DNA from: a virus
Virus record (IMG/VR): IMGVR_UViG_3300028840_005911
Coordinates: 96,001-160,000 of that record
Length of the DNA: 64,000 bases
Strand: one strand, 5' to 3'
Shown here in pieces: positions 55,715 to 64,000 of the stretch; position 1 is the first letter of the stretch; every line of letters starts with the position of its first letter. Below the pieces are notes generated by a model. That model was given only the letters and a program-made list of their open reading frames with translations. It did not search any database and was not told where the DNA came from. The position numbers and the translations under genes were made by a program.

Positions 55715-56314
55715 CTAGGGCTTCTCGGTATGATCTGCTGGGCCACCAGGGAACACTGCCGCTGGTTTCACTCCGGGGATGGCCCTGGCGGGTTCGGGCA
55801 GGAGACTCTCTGACTTCCTGGTCTCTGCGATCTGCTTCCTCGAGGACACGAGCTCATTGATGCTCTTGATCGGAGCCCCTTCCATGCTCACCGCTTGAGA
55901 GACGTACTGCCCGGCGACCATGGGGTCCTTGGCGTAGTGCGGGTTGAACCGGTAGAGAGTGTCGAAAGACTTCTGTACGGACTCTGAATCCATCTCACCC
56001 AGCTGAGGGTTGTCGTCCATCATGGCCTTGTACGACCTGCTCTTGTTGATAGCGTCCGAGATAGCACCGAACCCCCTGTTGATGAGGCCTTCGCCCGCTC
56101 GAGCAGCCAGTCCCATGGCTGACAAGGCACCGGTGTAGATGAGCATGTCCTTCAACATCTTGGGGTCGATTGCCGACAGCTTCTCCATTGCCTGTTCAAA
56201 GAGCTCGGGGTTGGCCTGGGCCTCCTTGATGAACTCGGAGGTGTTCCTTCCGATCCTCTCCACCTGTTCGTCGGTCAACTTGCCTGTCTCTACGAGCTCG
56301 TTGATGATACTCAT
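55715..56314 (-). CDS. conserved putative virion protein
   Basis: 199 aa, hydrophobic central helix; located in the head cluster. Confidence 0.6.
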   Translation of the reverse strand: MSIINELVETGKLTDEQVERIGRNTSEFIKEAQANPELFEQAMEKLSAIDPKMLKDMLIYTGALSAMGLAARAGEGLINRGFGAISDAINKSRSYKAMMDDNPQLGEMDSESVQKSFDTLYRFNPHYAKDPMVAGQYVSQAVSMEGAPIKSINELVSSRKQIAETRKSESLLPEPARAIPGVKPAAVFPGGPADHTEKP

Positions 56315-56571
56315 GGCATCCTCATCTTCGTGAGTTGACTTGCGGGAATGTTATGGCGAAGACCGAGCCTGGCCTTCTTCATCTGCTGTGCCAGGTGGGC
56401 ACCACCCCACAGAGTACCTCCGGCTACGGCCGCCTGACCAGGGTGCTTCCATGCGTAGCGTCCCAGGCCCCCAAGCATCTCGGTGCCTCTGAGAAGAGCC
56501 CGGGGGAGTAGCTTGGCGATGCTACCCTCCTTGGTCAGCTCCTGGGAGACTCTACTGAGCCTGAGCAACAT
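56311..56571 (-). CDS. small basic/hydrophobic putative virion protein
   Basis: MLLRLSRVSQELTKEGS...; start moved to 56571. Confidence 0.5.
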   Translation of the reverse strand: MLLRLSRVSQELTKEGSIAKLLPRALLRGTEMLGGLGRYAWKHPGQAAVAGGTLWGGAHLAQQMKKARLGLRHNIPASQLTKMRMP

Positions 56572-57811
56572 GGCTCTTCTCCATGGCTTGCTTGAGGACA
56601 CCGTCGACTTCCTTGAGGTTGTCGAGGACAACGTCAGCGGCCTTGGCCAGCTCCCTGTACCCCTTCGCCATGTCATTGAAGGCCGAGAAGGTCTTGACCA
56701 GCTCGTTGTCCGGGTTGATGGTCCGGTGAGTAGCCGCCTTCTCCATGTCGTACCTGATGACGTCGACCTGGGTCTGGGTCAGATCGAGGCCTCGATTGAC
56801 CAGCCTGGGGACGATCTCCTCCATGGCCTCCTTGACGATGTCGGCGTCCCCGACCTTCGACAGAGCGTGGGTGATCTCTCCGAGAGTGACTCCCTCATAG
56901 AGACTCTGCTCGATCATGTGGGCCATGCTGTCGACAGCCTCCTTGATCATGTAGGCGTTCTTTACCAGGGCCTGGCTGGAATCCTCTGCCATCTTCACCA
57001 GCTTATGGCGCACCCTGACGAGGTCACCGAAGGGGTTGCTCTGGGGATACTCTTCCTTGCCGCAGGCAAACTTCTTGATGGACTCCAGTGAGACGCCCCG
57101 ACCCAGGTCGTCACGCACCAGGTCGGCGTGTACCCCGCCGAGCTTCACGTGCTCCATGGCAGACTTGCCCAGCGCCTCCTCTTCCATCTCCTCGAGACGG
57201 GTATAGTAGTCCGGGATCTCCGCCAGGTGGTCCTTGGCGATCTCATGGGACAGGCCAGGGTCGTTGGTGTGTTCCATCTCTACCTTGTCGCCCATCCTGA
57301 GCTCGGCCGGGTCGAACGCTGTGTCGGGCCTGTTGTCGGCGAGACCTCCCTTCAGCCTGTCCTTCGCCATCTTTTCCATGACGGGGCTGACCGGCTCCAT
57401 CCCGAACATCCTGCACAGGACGTCGTCTGCGGTCAGATTCCTGTTCACATCGGCAGGCGGGGCGGTGAAGTATTCCTGGTTGGCTGCCGTCTTCTCCACC
57501 GGGCGTGCATCCTTGTCCAAGGTGCCAAGCACAACATCCGGATCGGCGATGTCGAAGTTCACGTTCTTGTCTCCTGCCTGCTTCTCGAAGATGGACCGGA
57601 AGGTATCGACGTTGGCGAACTCAACGACCCTCCGGATCTGGTCGCTGGAGATGTCGGGATGCTGACGGACCTCTGAGAGGACAGCGTCGTTCAGAGACGC
57701 CACCTTGTCCAGGTACATGTCAGCTGCCCGACGGCCCATGATCTCCAGGTCCGTGGTTGAAAGATCCGCATGCGGAAGTTGCCTTTCGAGACCGAGGAAT
57801 TTCTCATCCAT
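56552..57811 (-). CDS. conserved head-cluster protein with a DUF5661-like insert
   Basis: aa 151-213 KGGLAD...FD..EL.MG.KVEMEHT.D....EIA.DHL.E..DYY..L, bracketed by EKMA and GKSA. Confidence 0.65.
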   Translation of the reverse strand: MDEKFLGLERQLPHADLSTTDLEIMGRRAADMYLDKVASLNDAVLSEVRQHPDISSDQIRRVVEFANVDTFRSIFEKQAGDKNVNFDIADPDVVLGTLDKDARPVEKTAANQEYFTAPPADVNRNLTADDVLCRMFGMEPVSPVMEKMAKDRLKGGLADNRPDTAFDPAELRMGDKVEMEHTNDPGLSHEIAKDHLAEIPDYYTRLEEMEEEALGKSAMEHVKLGGVHADLVRDDLGRGVSLESIKKFACGKEEYPQSNPFGDLVRVRHKLVKMAEDSSQALVKNAYMIKEAVDSMAHMIEQSLYEGVTLGEITHALSKVGDADIVKEAMEEIVPRLVNRGLDLTQTQVDVIRYDMEKAATHRTINPDNELVKTFSAFNDMAKGYRELAKAADVVLDNLKEVDGVLKQAMEKSHVAQAQ

Positions 57812-57829
57812 TTCAGTGTCTCCGTTCCT

Positions 57830-57858
57830 TTGACTACTATTTGGCTACGCAGTACACT
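57830..57858 (+). promoter_or_regulatory. sigma70-like promoter
   Basis: TTGACT-17 bp-TACACT upstream of the HTH gene. Confidence 0.65.
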
Positions 57859-57888
57859 TCAACTAAAGCCTAGCACGGAGGTAAAATA

Positions 57889-58236
57889 GTGGGAAGGATT
57901 GTGTATGATGGAGAGACAGTTGTTGATCGGGAAGAAGCCCTTGAGATTTTAGGGATAAGTAAGCGCTGGCTGTGGGATCTCGTCAAACAAGACATCATTT
58001 TGACGGTCAAGCTCCCGGAGGAGAAGAAACCTTACTACTACCTGAGAAGCATTGAGAGTTACCAGAGGGCCAAGAAGCTCATCAAGAACCGTACCGGGGC
58101 AATCATCCGACTTCTCACCCGGGTAGACGAGCTCGAGCACAAAATGTCCTGGTTGATGAACAATATGCCTGCCCCGATAGAAGAGTACCACGATATCCGG
58201 AAGATCATGAACAAGAACCACCCCGACCTTTTCTAA
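57889..58236 (+). CDS. HTH DNA-binding protein (MerR/Xis-like)
   Basis: EEALEILGISKRWLWDLVKQ; coiled-coil C-terminus; GGAGG RBS. Confidence 0.7.
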   Translation: MGRIVYDGETVVDREEALEILGISKRWLWDLVKQDIILTVKLPEEKKPYYYLRSIESYQRAKKLIKNRTGAIIRLLTRVDELEHKMSWLMNNMPAPIEEYHDIRKIMNKNHPDLF

Positions 58237-60041
58237 CGGTCGATGTCCCACTCCTCCTTCTCGCCGCTATCCTTGTCCAGCTCCTTGACTGGTGTGATGA
58301 TGTCCGGCCTCTTCCTGAAGTGGAACGACGCCAGGAAACAGAACAGGGCTGAGTGAAAAGAGTCATCGGGACATCCCGGGGCGTGCTTGTACACATCCAT
58401 ACGCAGTCTGTCATTGTACTCTGAGAATATATTCAGGAAGTCTCCAGCGAAAGGTTCCTCAAACTCCTCCCATCTCGGGTATCGAAAGACGTCCCTTCTC
58501 TTGACCGCATTAAAGTAGTCCGACATCACCTCGGTCCGGTGGCAGACGTACCTCGGCACTCCGAGCTGGGGGTCCCACTTGATCTTTCGCTTGACGTTGC
58601 CAACCCACTGGTACTTCTTGATCTTCTCAGCTCCGTACTGCCGCACTAGGGTATCGTTGGGCCAGAAACCACCACCATAGTCTGCGCCAACGTAGGACAC
58701 GTTGAACTTGTCGATGAGCCTCATGATCTCTCTGATCTGAACCTCCGGCTCTGACTCGAGGCCTTCGAACCTCTTGAAGTAGAAGTACACGAACTCCTCC
58801 CCGGATGTGATAGGGAGGTACGCAGCGAGACAGACAACGGTGAAGGCGTTCTCACTACCTCCGCTCCAGTCGATACCCATGAACACCGGGTAGCCGGAGG
58901 AGTACTTCTCGGCCACCTCCAAGTAGTGTTGCATCGATAACTTGCTCCAGCAGTTGTCCCTGACATCCTGCCGGGTGAGTGGACGGGTGCCGGAGTCATA
59001 GCTAAGTCCGAGAACCTCGTTGTAGAACTTCGCCCTGCTGTACTGCCTCTGCTTGTGGAGGATGTCATCCCACTCTACCCAGGGGACCATGAGCTGAGGA
59101 ATGCGGTAACCTTCAAACGGTTTCTCGACCCGGGGCTTCGGATTCAATGAAGCCCATTGCGCGTCGGGGTCCATCGGATGTATGGGTTCTCCGCACTTGT
59201 CACAGATGAGCCCTTCCTTGCCGATGTTATCTTCAGCCAGGATGTTCCAGTGCCACGACCCCTTGTTCTTTGGGGTGCCATGATGCCGGCAGGGTACCAC
59301 CCACTCGTTCTGGGTAGAGAACTTGGACCAGTAGTGCTCAATGGTACCGTCCAAAGACTTCGGGGTACCGCTGTAGGTGTGGAGCTTGTAGGATGAGTGG
59401 GATGCACACTCCTCGATAACCGGGATGTTATCCAAGAGAACATCCTGGAGCTCATCTATGTTTATCATGTCGGCTGGGACACCTCGAACGCGGTCCGCAT
59501 TAAGGAAGGCAAACCTCATCGTGATCTGACTACCGTTGATGAACTTCTTCTCGAGAATGTTGGACAAGAGTTTGGTGTTGGTCAGGGATCTGATCTCGGG
59601 GGAGACCTCTATCGGCTCTTTGACCCTGTCCCGGCTGAACACTTTGGTCTGGGTGTTGGACGGGCTGACGTAGAGGGATCTGAAGTAGGGTATCAGGCTA
59701 CAGTACGTTAGTATCCTGTTGCCCACGTAGCTTGATTTTTCAACTTGGCGTCCCGCCTTGAGGAGCAGCCTCTTATGGCTAGTGTCATAGATGGGGCGGA
59801 GATATCTACGCTCCTCGAAGTTGAAGCTCTTGAGCTCCCCTCCGGCAGGTATCTTTATAGCAAACTCAGTGAACCTCGAGGGTGGTACGTCCAGCTTGTC
59901 GGTATTGTCCAAGTCTAGGAGGTCTTCACCTTCTTGTGCAACAGGGCAGTTGGAATACCATTTGAATGCCTCATCCTCATCGATGGAGGCTCTCTTCTTA
60001 TGAGATGTAGCTTGACCAAACTGTCCCGAGGTCACTATCAT
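58233..60041 (-). CDS. terL: terminase large subunit (GpA-like)
   Basis: K.GRQVEKS, RG...D.I.IDE.QD, GTPK, W.VPC, FMGIDW, .DD..H. Confidence 0.9.
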   Translation of the reverse strand: MIVTSGQFGQATSHKKRASIDEDEAFKWYSNCPVAQEGEDLLDLDNTDKLDVPPSRFTEFAIKIPAGGELKSFNFEERRYLRPIYDTSHKRLLLKAGRQVEKSSYVGNRILTYCSLIPYFRSLYVSPSNTQTKVFSRDRVKEPIEVSPEIRSLTNTKLLSNILEKKFINGSQITMRFAFLNADRVRGVPADMINIDELQDVLLDNIPVIEECASHSSYKLHTYSGTPKSLDGTIEHYWSKFSTQNEWVVPCRHHGTPKNKGSWHWNILAEDNIGKEGLICDKCGEPIHPMDPDAQWASLNPKPRVEKPFEGYRIPQLMVPWVEWDDILHKQRQYSRAKFYNEVLGLSYDSGTRPLTRQDVRDNCWSKLSMQHYLEVAEKYSSGYPVFMGIDWSGGSENAFTVVCLAAYLPITSGEEFVYFYFKRFEGLESEPEVQIREIMRLIDKFNVSYVGADYGGGFWPNDTLVRQYGAEKIKKYQWVGNVKRKIKWDPQLGVPRYVCHRTEVMSDYFNAVKRRDVFRYPRWEEFEEPFAGDFLNIFSEYNDRLRMDVYKHAPGCPDDSFHSALFCFLASFHFRKRPDIITPVKELDKDSGEKEEWDIDR

Positions 60042-60059
60042 AATTTTGCGCCTTTTTGT

Positions 60060-60069
60060 GGTACAAGAA
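60060..60069 (+). promoter_or_regulatory. variant promoter motif GGTACAAGAA
   Basis: preceded by CTTTTTGT as in the other copies; 1 nt before the ATG at 60071. Confidence 0.4.
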
Positions 60070-60070
60070 G

Positions 60071-60589
60071 ATGGACCAACGAGAAGTTACCATTCGGAAG
60101 CGGCTGGGATGGGTTGAGCATCTCAGAAACGATCTTCTTTTTCTCATTGGTGAGGAGGACATACATCATACCTTCAAGATATATCCTACTGTCGACCCAA
60201 TCAAGTTCATAATGCGCGCCCTCCTTACAGGAACCCTACCGAAAGATAGCAGGCAACCACTCCGGGACTTCATCAGGGGCTGGGCAGAGAGATACGACTG
60301 TGAGATCCCAAGGATCAAGATTCACAAAGGCGTTGTGTCTGCAGAGGTCTACACCAAGCGCAGACACTGGACAGGAGATACAGATGAGAATGATAGCAGG
60401 CCTGGACGAGGTCGGGATGGGGAGCCTGGCCGGCCCTCTAGTGATAGTGGTGACAGCATTCAAGAGCGGGACGGAGATGCCGGAGGGGGTGATGGACTCG
60501 AAGAAGCTGACCAAAAAGAAAATGCGAAGTCTAGTAGAACCTATCACCAGTATAGCGACGTTTGTGGGTGTAGGCTGGGCATCGAATGA
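60071..60589 (+). CDS. hypothetical protein
   Basis: MDQREVTIRK...; the last ~70 codons overlap rnhB and look non-coding. Confidence 0.55.
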   Translation: MDQREVTIRKRLGWVEHLRNDLLFLIGEEDIHHTFKIYPTVDPIKFIMRALLTGTLPKDSRQPLRDFIRGWAERYDCEIPRIKIHKGVVSAEVYTKRRHWTGDTDENDSRPGRGRDGEPGRPSSDSGDSIQERDGDAGGGDGLEEADQKENAKSSRTYHQYSDVCGCRLGIE

Positions 60590-61094
60590 GCTCATAGACG
60601 AGATAGGTATCGCTGATTCCTGGCAGACCGCCAGCTCAATAGCCCTCGAGAATATACCCGAGCTCGATCTGCTTCTGATCGATGGGGTAAGAGAGGTGAA
60701 GAGCTACGAAGGCAACCAGGTAACGGTGAAGAAGGGTGACGACAAGCACTGGCAAATATCAGCGGCCAGCATCATAGCCAAGGTCATCCGCGACCAGGAG
60801 ATGAGATACCTGCACGACTTTTACCCGAGCTATGGGTGGATCACCAACTCTGGGTACGGGACGAAGGTTCATAAGGAGGGCCTGTTGGAGAGAGGACCGT
60901 GCCCCCTCCACAGGAGGACATTCCTCAAGAAGATACTACGCGGGAAGAACTCCTTTGGCGGCCTGCTCCCTGAGAAATCTCTCTCGGATGGCGGCAATGG
61001 GGGAGACCCCAGACTCCGTGGCCCGTGGCACTGGGCCCACCGAACCTCTGAATGCTTTCGGAGGCGTGGCTCCCGCAGCGATAGCCTTACGTAA
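60384..61094 (+). CDS. rnhB: ribonuclease HII
   Basis: GLDEVG.G.LAGP, DSKKL, IDG, KGD...I.AASIIAKV.RD, N.GYGT..H, HRRTF; AGGAG RBS. Confidence 0.95.
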   Translation: MRMIAGLDEVGMGSLAGPLVIVVTAFKSGTEMPEGVMDSKKLTKKKMRSLVEPITSIATFVGVGWASNELIDEIGIADSWQTASSIALENIPELDLLLIDGVREVKSYEGNQVTVKKGDDKHWQISAASIIAKVIRDQEMRYLHDFYPSYGWITNSGYGTKVHKEGLLERGPCPLHRRTFLKKILRGKNSFGGLLPEKSLSDGGNGGDPRLRGPWHWAHRTSECFRRRGSRSDSLT

Positions 61095-61388
61095 CCCGAC
61101 AGGGGACGTAGCCAGTTGCTGCGGGCCCATCGTCCATGTCGCACCACCAGGAACCGTCGGAGGGGGCATCTTCACCGACCTGGTAACCCCCTTAGCAGCT
61201 TGCCCAGCGAACGTCGGAGGACCGGTCACCTTCGTAGCCGCAGTCATTTCCGGAGCAAGCTTCTTCCCCATACGGGTGAGGAACTTCCCGAGCCCAGTGC
61301 GGAGAGCTCTGATACCTGCTTCTTTCTCGATAGACTCGAGCTCATCAAAGAAGGCTGCCATCATGGCTTCTGTTGCGACCTTGTCCAT
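60936..61388 (-). CDS. putative head cargo protein
   Basis: AAFFDELESIEKEAG followed by a basic Pro/Ala-rich tail. Confidence 0.55.
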   Translation of the reverse strand: MDKVATEAMMAAFFDELESIEKEAGIRALRTGLGKFLTRMGKKLAPEMTAATKVTGPPTFAGQAAKGVTRSVKMPPPTVPGGATWTMGPQQLATSPVGLRKAIAAGATPPKAFRGSVGPVPRATESGVSPIAAIRERFLREQAAKGVLPA

Positions 61389-61389
61389 A

Positions 61390-61773
61390 TTACACCTCGT
61401 AAAACAGGTACCATCGACCATCTTTTTGCCTGATGTCTACGATATCAGACGCGGCTGCGAAGATGGCCGCCAGGGTAAGGTTGAAGGTGGCATCGTCGTT
61501 ACCTGAGCCTCCGGTGACCGACACCGGGTTGGTCGGGTCGGTGGTGTACGCCCCCTCGAATTCTACCGCGATACCATCGATGACTTTTCCGGTCTCGCTT
61601 GTGACCTTGAGGGTAGCAGCAACCTCAAACCCTCCACCGACTACGGTCAGGATGTCGTCCACTTCGTACCCGTTCCCGCCAGCCACTATGGCCGCGTTGG
61701 TAACCTCCTTGGCGGCGCCGGCGAAGGTAGTGAGGGCATCCGGAGACTCGAATTGAAGTACTCTTACTGCCAT
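61390..61773 (-). CDS. small beta-rich virion protein
   Basis: GG.GY.V.D.LTV.GG...A...V...G.Y...P.NP....GG.G pattern. Confidence 0.55.
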   Translation of the reverse strand: MAVRVLQFESPDALTTFAGAAKEVTNAAIVAGGNGYEVDDILTVVGGGFEVAATLKVTSETGKVIDGIAVEFEGAYTTDPTNPVSVTGGSGNDDATFNLTLAAIFAAASDIVDIRQKDGRWYLFYEV

Positions 61774-63278
61774 GTCCTGATCCTTTCGAGTTCGTTGAAG
61801 AACGCTGCCTTCTCTATGTCACCTTTGTCCAGGTGCCATTCTTTGAACCTGGGCTGGAACATGGCTCCCAGGCTACCGTCCTTCTTTTTGAATACCTTCC
61901 TAGCTTTCACTTTGGCTACTCTCCCTACGTAGGCATCTGGGTCCTCAAGCATGCGCCGCCCCTCCTCGTGTTTGAACCCACCTACCTGTCCTACTATAGG
62001 ACCATCCACCGTCCATGAGTAGCTCACTGACCCGGCCCTGTCCAAGGTCTTCCCGTCCTTGCTGACCGCTGGGTTCACCTTCCGCGCCACGACGTCGAAG
62101 TCGGGCAGCACCTTAGCCTTCACGGGCTTACTGGTCTCACCTTTACTGACAAGGACTACCCCTTCATCGGTGAGAGGATACTTCTTAGACTTGACGGCAT
62201 TGAGTAAACCAATCTTCTCCAATGCGCCGATAACCATCCTCGGGAGAGGGAGCTCTTCTATCTCGTCCGTCACCTTCTCGAGGATCTTTATCTTCTCCTC
62301 GAAAGGTTCCTTGCTGACATCTTTCCCTTTGTACTTGAGGACATTGAATGGGATTGGGACCAGCTTGATACCTGACTTGGCCTGCTCTTCTCTGCTCCTC
62401 CACACCTTGGCATTGAGAAGGCCACCAAGCTGCTCTGCGGGTATGGCCTTGCCGTCTTTCAACCTGACCCCGATGGTCTCGGCAAGCAGGAGCGTGTTAT
62501 CGAGCTCCTTCGGCACCTTCTGTTTCAGAAGCTCCGGCATCTTGTGGGTGTGCTCGATGAGTCCAGTCTTCGCCCTCTTAGCAACCCGGTACGAGAAGGC
62601 CCGGGGCGCCCTCCCAGCCTTCAGGTCCAAGACGGTGTGGGCCCCGTCGAACTTCGGCATCATCACCTGGGTGTCGTCGGTGGGGTCGACGGAGTCGATG
62701 TCGATCTCTTTGTAGGTCTCCTTACCCGAAGGGATGTCAGGCCTCTTGGACCGGGTCTGTGTCTTGTTGTGGAGGAACCACTTCCCCTTGCCATCGGTCC
62801 GTATCGAGTACTCCTCTGGCTGGTCGCCCTCGTACAGGTTGAACCTGAGCTTGGTCTCCTTGTCCTCCCCCGGCTTGGCGTGGTAGACCTCAGCCTTCTC
62901 CCGCCTCCCCTTTTTTACTACACCTTTTCCGTAGGTCGTTGTGATGGGACCCGTGTAGTCCATGTACGGGACCTCGTGGTCGAACGTGGGGATAACCCTC
63001 ACGGACTCCCCAGGTCCGGGAAGATCAGACCGCTTCGGCATTACGAACGAGTGGGCGATACCGGTCTCCGGGTTGCCAAATCTGATGTCGGTATGTAGCC
63101 CGGCCCTCTCAGCAAGGTGTGGGTGAGCAGAGAACTCCCATGTCTCCGGCTCGGTTACAGTCGGGAGCCCGCTACGGTGTCTTGCAGGAACCCCTGGCCC
63201 AAGATAGCCCTTCTCGTAGTGAGGCTTCTCACCTCGAGTGACAGCCTCGGCAGCCTTGGACAGGAGGTACAGATTCAC
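61764..63278 (-). CDS. LigD-type 3'-phosphoesterase fused to ATP-dependent DNA ligase
   Basis: PE: H..R..LH.D.R...S..PK...DH...Y...G.I...YG.G; ligase motifs PKFDG, LAE, FNVL, EG.V, K.K, FQPRF..W..DK. Confidence 0.85.
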   Translation of the reverse strand: MNLYLLSKAAEAVTRGEKPHYEKGYLGPGVPARHRSGLPTVTEPETWEFSAHPHLAERAGLHTDIRFGNPETGIAHSFVMPKRSDLPGPGESVRVIPTFDHEVPYMDYTGPITTTYGKGVVKKGRREKAEVYHAKPGEDKETKLRFNLYEGDQPEEYSIRTDGKGKWFLHNKTQTRSKRPDIPSGKETYKEIDIDSVDPTDDTQVMMPKFDGAHTVLDLKAGRAPRAFSYRVAKRAKTGLIEHTHKMPELLKQKVPKELDNTLLLAETIGVRLKDGKAIPAEQLGGLLNAKVWRSREEQAKSGIKLVPIPFNVLKYKGKDVSKEPFEEKIKILEKVTDEIEELPLPRMVIGALEKIGLLNAVKSKKYPLTDEGVVLVSKGETSKPVKAKVLPDFDVVARKVNPAVSKDGKTLDRAGSVSYSWTVDGPIVGQVGGFKHEEGRRMLEDPDAYVGRVAKVKARKVFKKKDGSLGAMFQPRFKEWHLDKGDIEKAAFFNELERIRTWQ

Positions 63279-63286
63279 CGGTCATC

Positions 63287-63856
63287 CTATTTGAACTTGG
63301 CCACCCCGACGTCGAGCTCGGTGTAGATCTTGTTGATCATCTCGAACAGGGTCTTGTCAGGGAGGGAGCCCGCCCCTTGAATCTGAACAGCGTAGGACCC
63401 GAGGTTGACAACGACCTCCTCATCGGAGCTGTCACGCCCGATGACGGTCCCCTTGTCCACGGCGTAGTCCCCGTGCCAGCTGCGGTCCATTGCCACCTTG
63501 ATGATGGCTTCCATGTTGTCAGGGAACCTGAGGTCGGAAACCGTTTCGAACCTACCAGGGATGTACCTGAGCCTGGTACCTCCACAACGTGGGCAGGGCT
63601 GGACATGTCCGGGCGCAGCCTTGATCTCGGTGTTGCATTTCAAACACCTTGGGATGTAGTGACCCTCGGTCCAGACATCATCCTTCCCGCCTCGGGGGAA
63701 GAGGTGGAGGATGACATCGCCCTCTTTGCGGAGCCACTCGCCAAAGATGTTGGCGAAGTCCAAGACCTTGTTCAGCTCAACGAGCTTGTAGCTTGCCTGG
63801 GACATCGTCTGTCCGAGTTGTTCGTCCATTGCCGAAAGGCTATCCGACATCTCCAT
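63287..63856 (-). CDS. hypothetical protein with Zn ribbon
   Basis: CLKC...CPRC; AAGGAGG RBS. Confidence 0.65.
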   Translation of the reverse strand: MEMSDSLSAMDEQLGQTMSQASYKLVELNKVLDFANIFGEWLRKEGDVILHLFPRGGKDDVWTEGHYIPRCLKCNTEIKAAPGHVQPCPRCGGTRLRYIPGRFETVSDLRFPDNMEAIIKVAMDRSWHGDYAVDKGTVIGRDSSDEEVVVNLGSYAVQIQGAGSLPDKTLFEMINKIYTELDVGVAKFK

Positions 63857-64000
63857 GGTACCCTCCTTACTTTCCTGATTCACTGTGTGATCCTTCTGAC
63901 GCGATCTCCGCCAGGGCTTTGATCTTCTGCTCCTCTGGTACGAGCAGGAACTTGCTGAACCGCTTCAGCATCTCCTCGAAGCCCGCACCCTCTGCGAAGA

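Noticed and set aside
58233-60041. Intein or intron in terminase (also checked in dinG)
   Set aside because: Lengths are ordinary, motifs are contiguous, and no C/S...HN splice motifs or LAGLIDADG blocks were seen
1-64000. Stop-codon reassignment as in some large phages
   Set aside because: Conserved genes are full length in the standard code; TAG, TGA and TAA all end genes
1-64000. High frequency of GAGCTC/CTCGAG sites as a signal
   Set aside because: Explained by Glu-Leu/Leu-Glu codon pairs (GAG CTC) in the preferred codon usage

Overview
A 64-kb segment of a large contractile-tailed (myovirus-type) dsDNA phage genome in the standard genetic code. No integrase, CRISPR array or rRNA was seen. 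The left ~35 kb is an accessory/early region of small Zn-binding ORFs, tRNA-Asn, and ASCH, HicB-like, HAD, TSCPD, lytic transglycosylase, DinG, HD-hydrolase, DUF932-like and ParB-like genes. It carries a recurring GGTATAAGAA promoter-like motif and a family of bidirectional terminator hairpins. The right ~29 kb is a minus-strand morphogenesis cluster: tail tube, sheath, neck, major capsid, scaffold-like proteins, prohead protease, GpA-type terminase, plus RNase HII, a LigD-like phosphoesterase-ligase fusion and two HNH endonucleases. Features missed by the ORF track: (1) a 257-nt ORF-less group I intron splitting the tail tube gene, next to a free-standing HNH gene; (2) a ~205-nt multi-hairpin RNA with three long-range pairings competing with its terminator (13559-13764, minus); (3) six ~200-bp small-gene units whose junctions share GCGGCGAGGGAGG, always read as Ala-Ala-Arg-Glu; (4) a pervasive K-x-A / F-x-(D/E)EL-x-KIA motif in head-cluster proteins that also brackets HiPIP-like, pyrophosphatase-like and DUF5661-like inserts, suggesting protease-released capsid cargo. 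Family assignments are by motif recognition only; no database searches were run.
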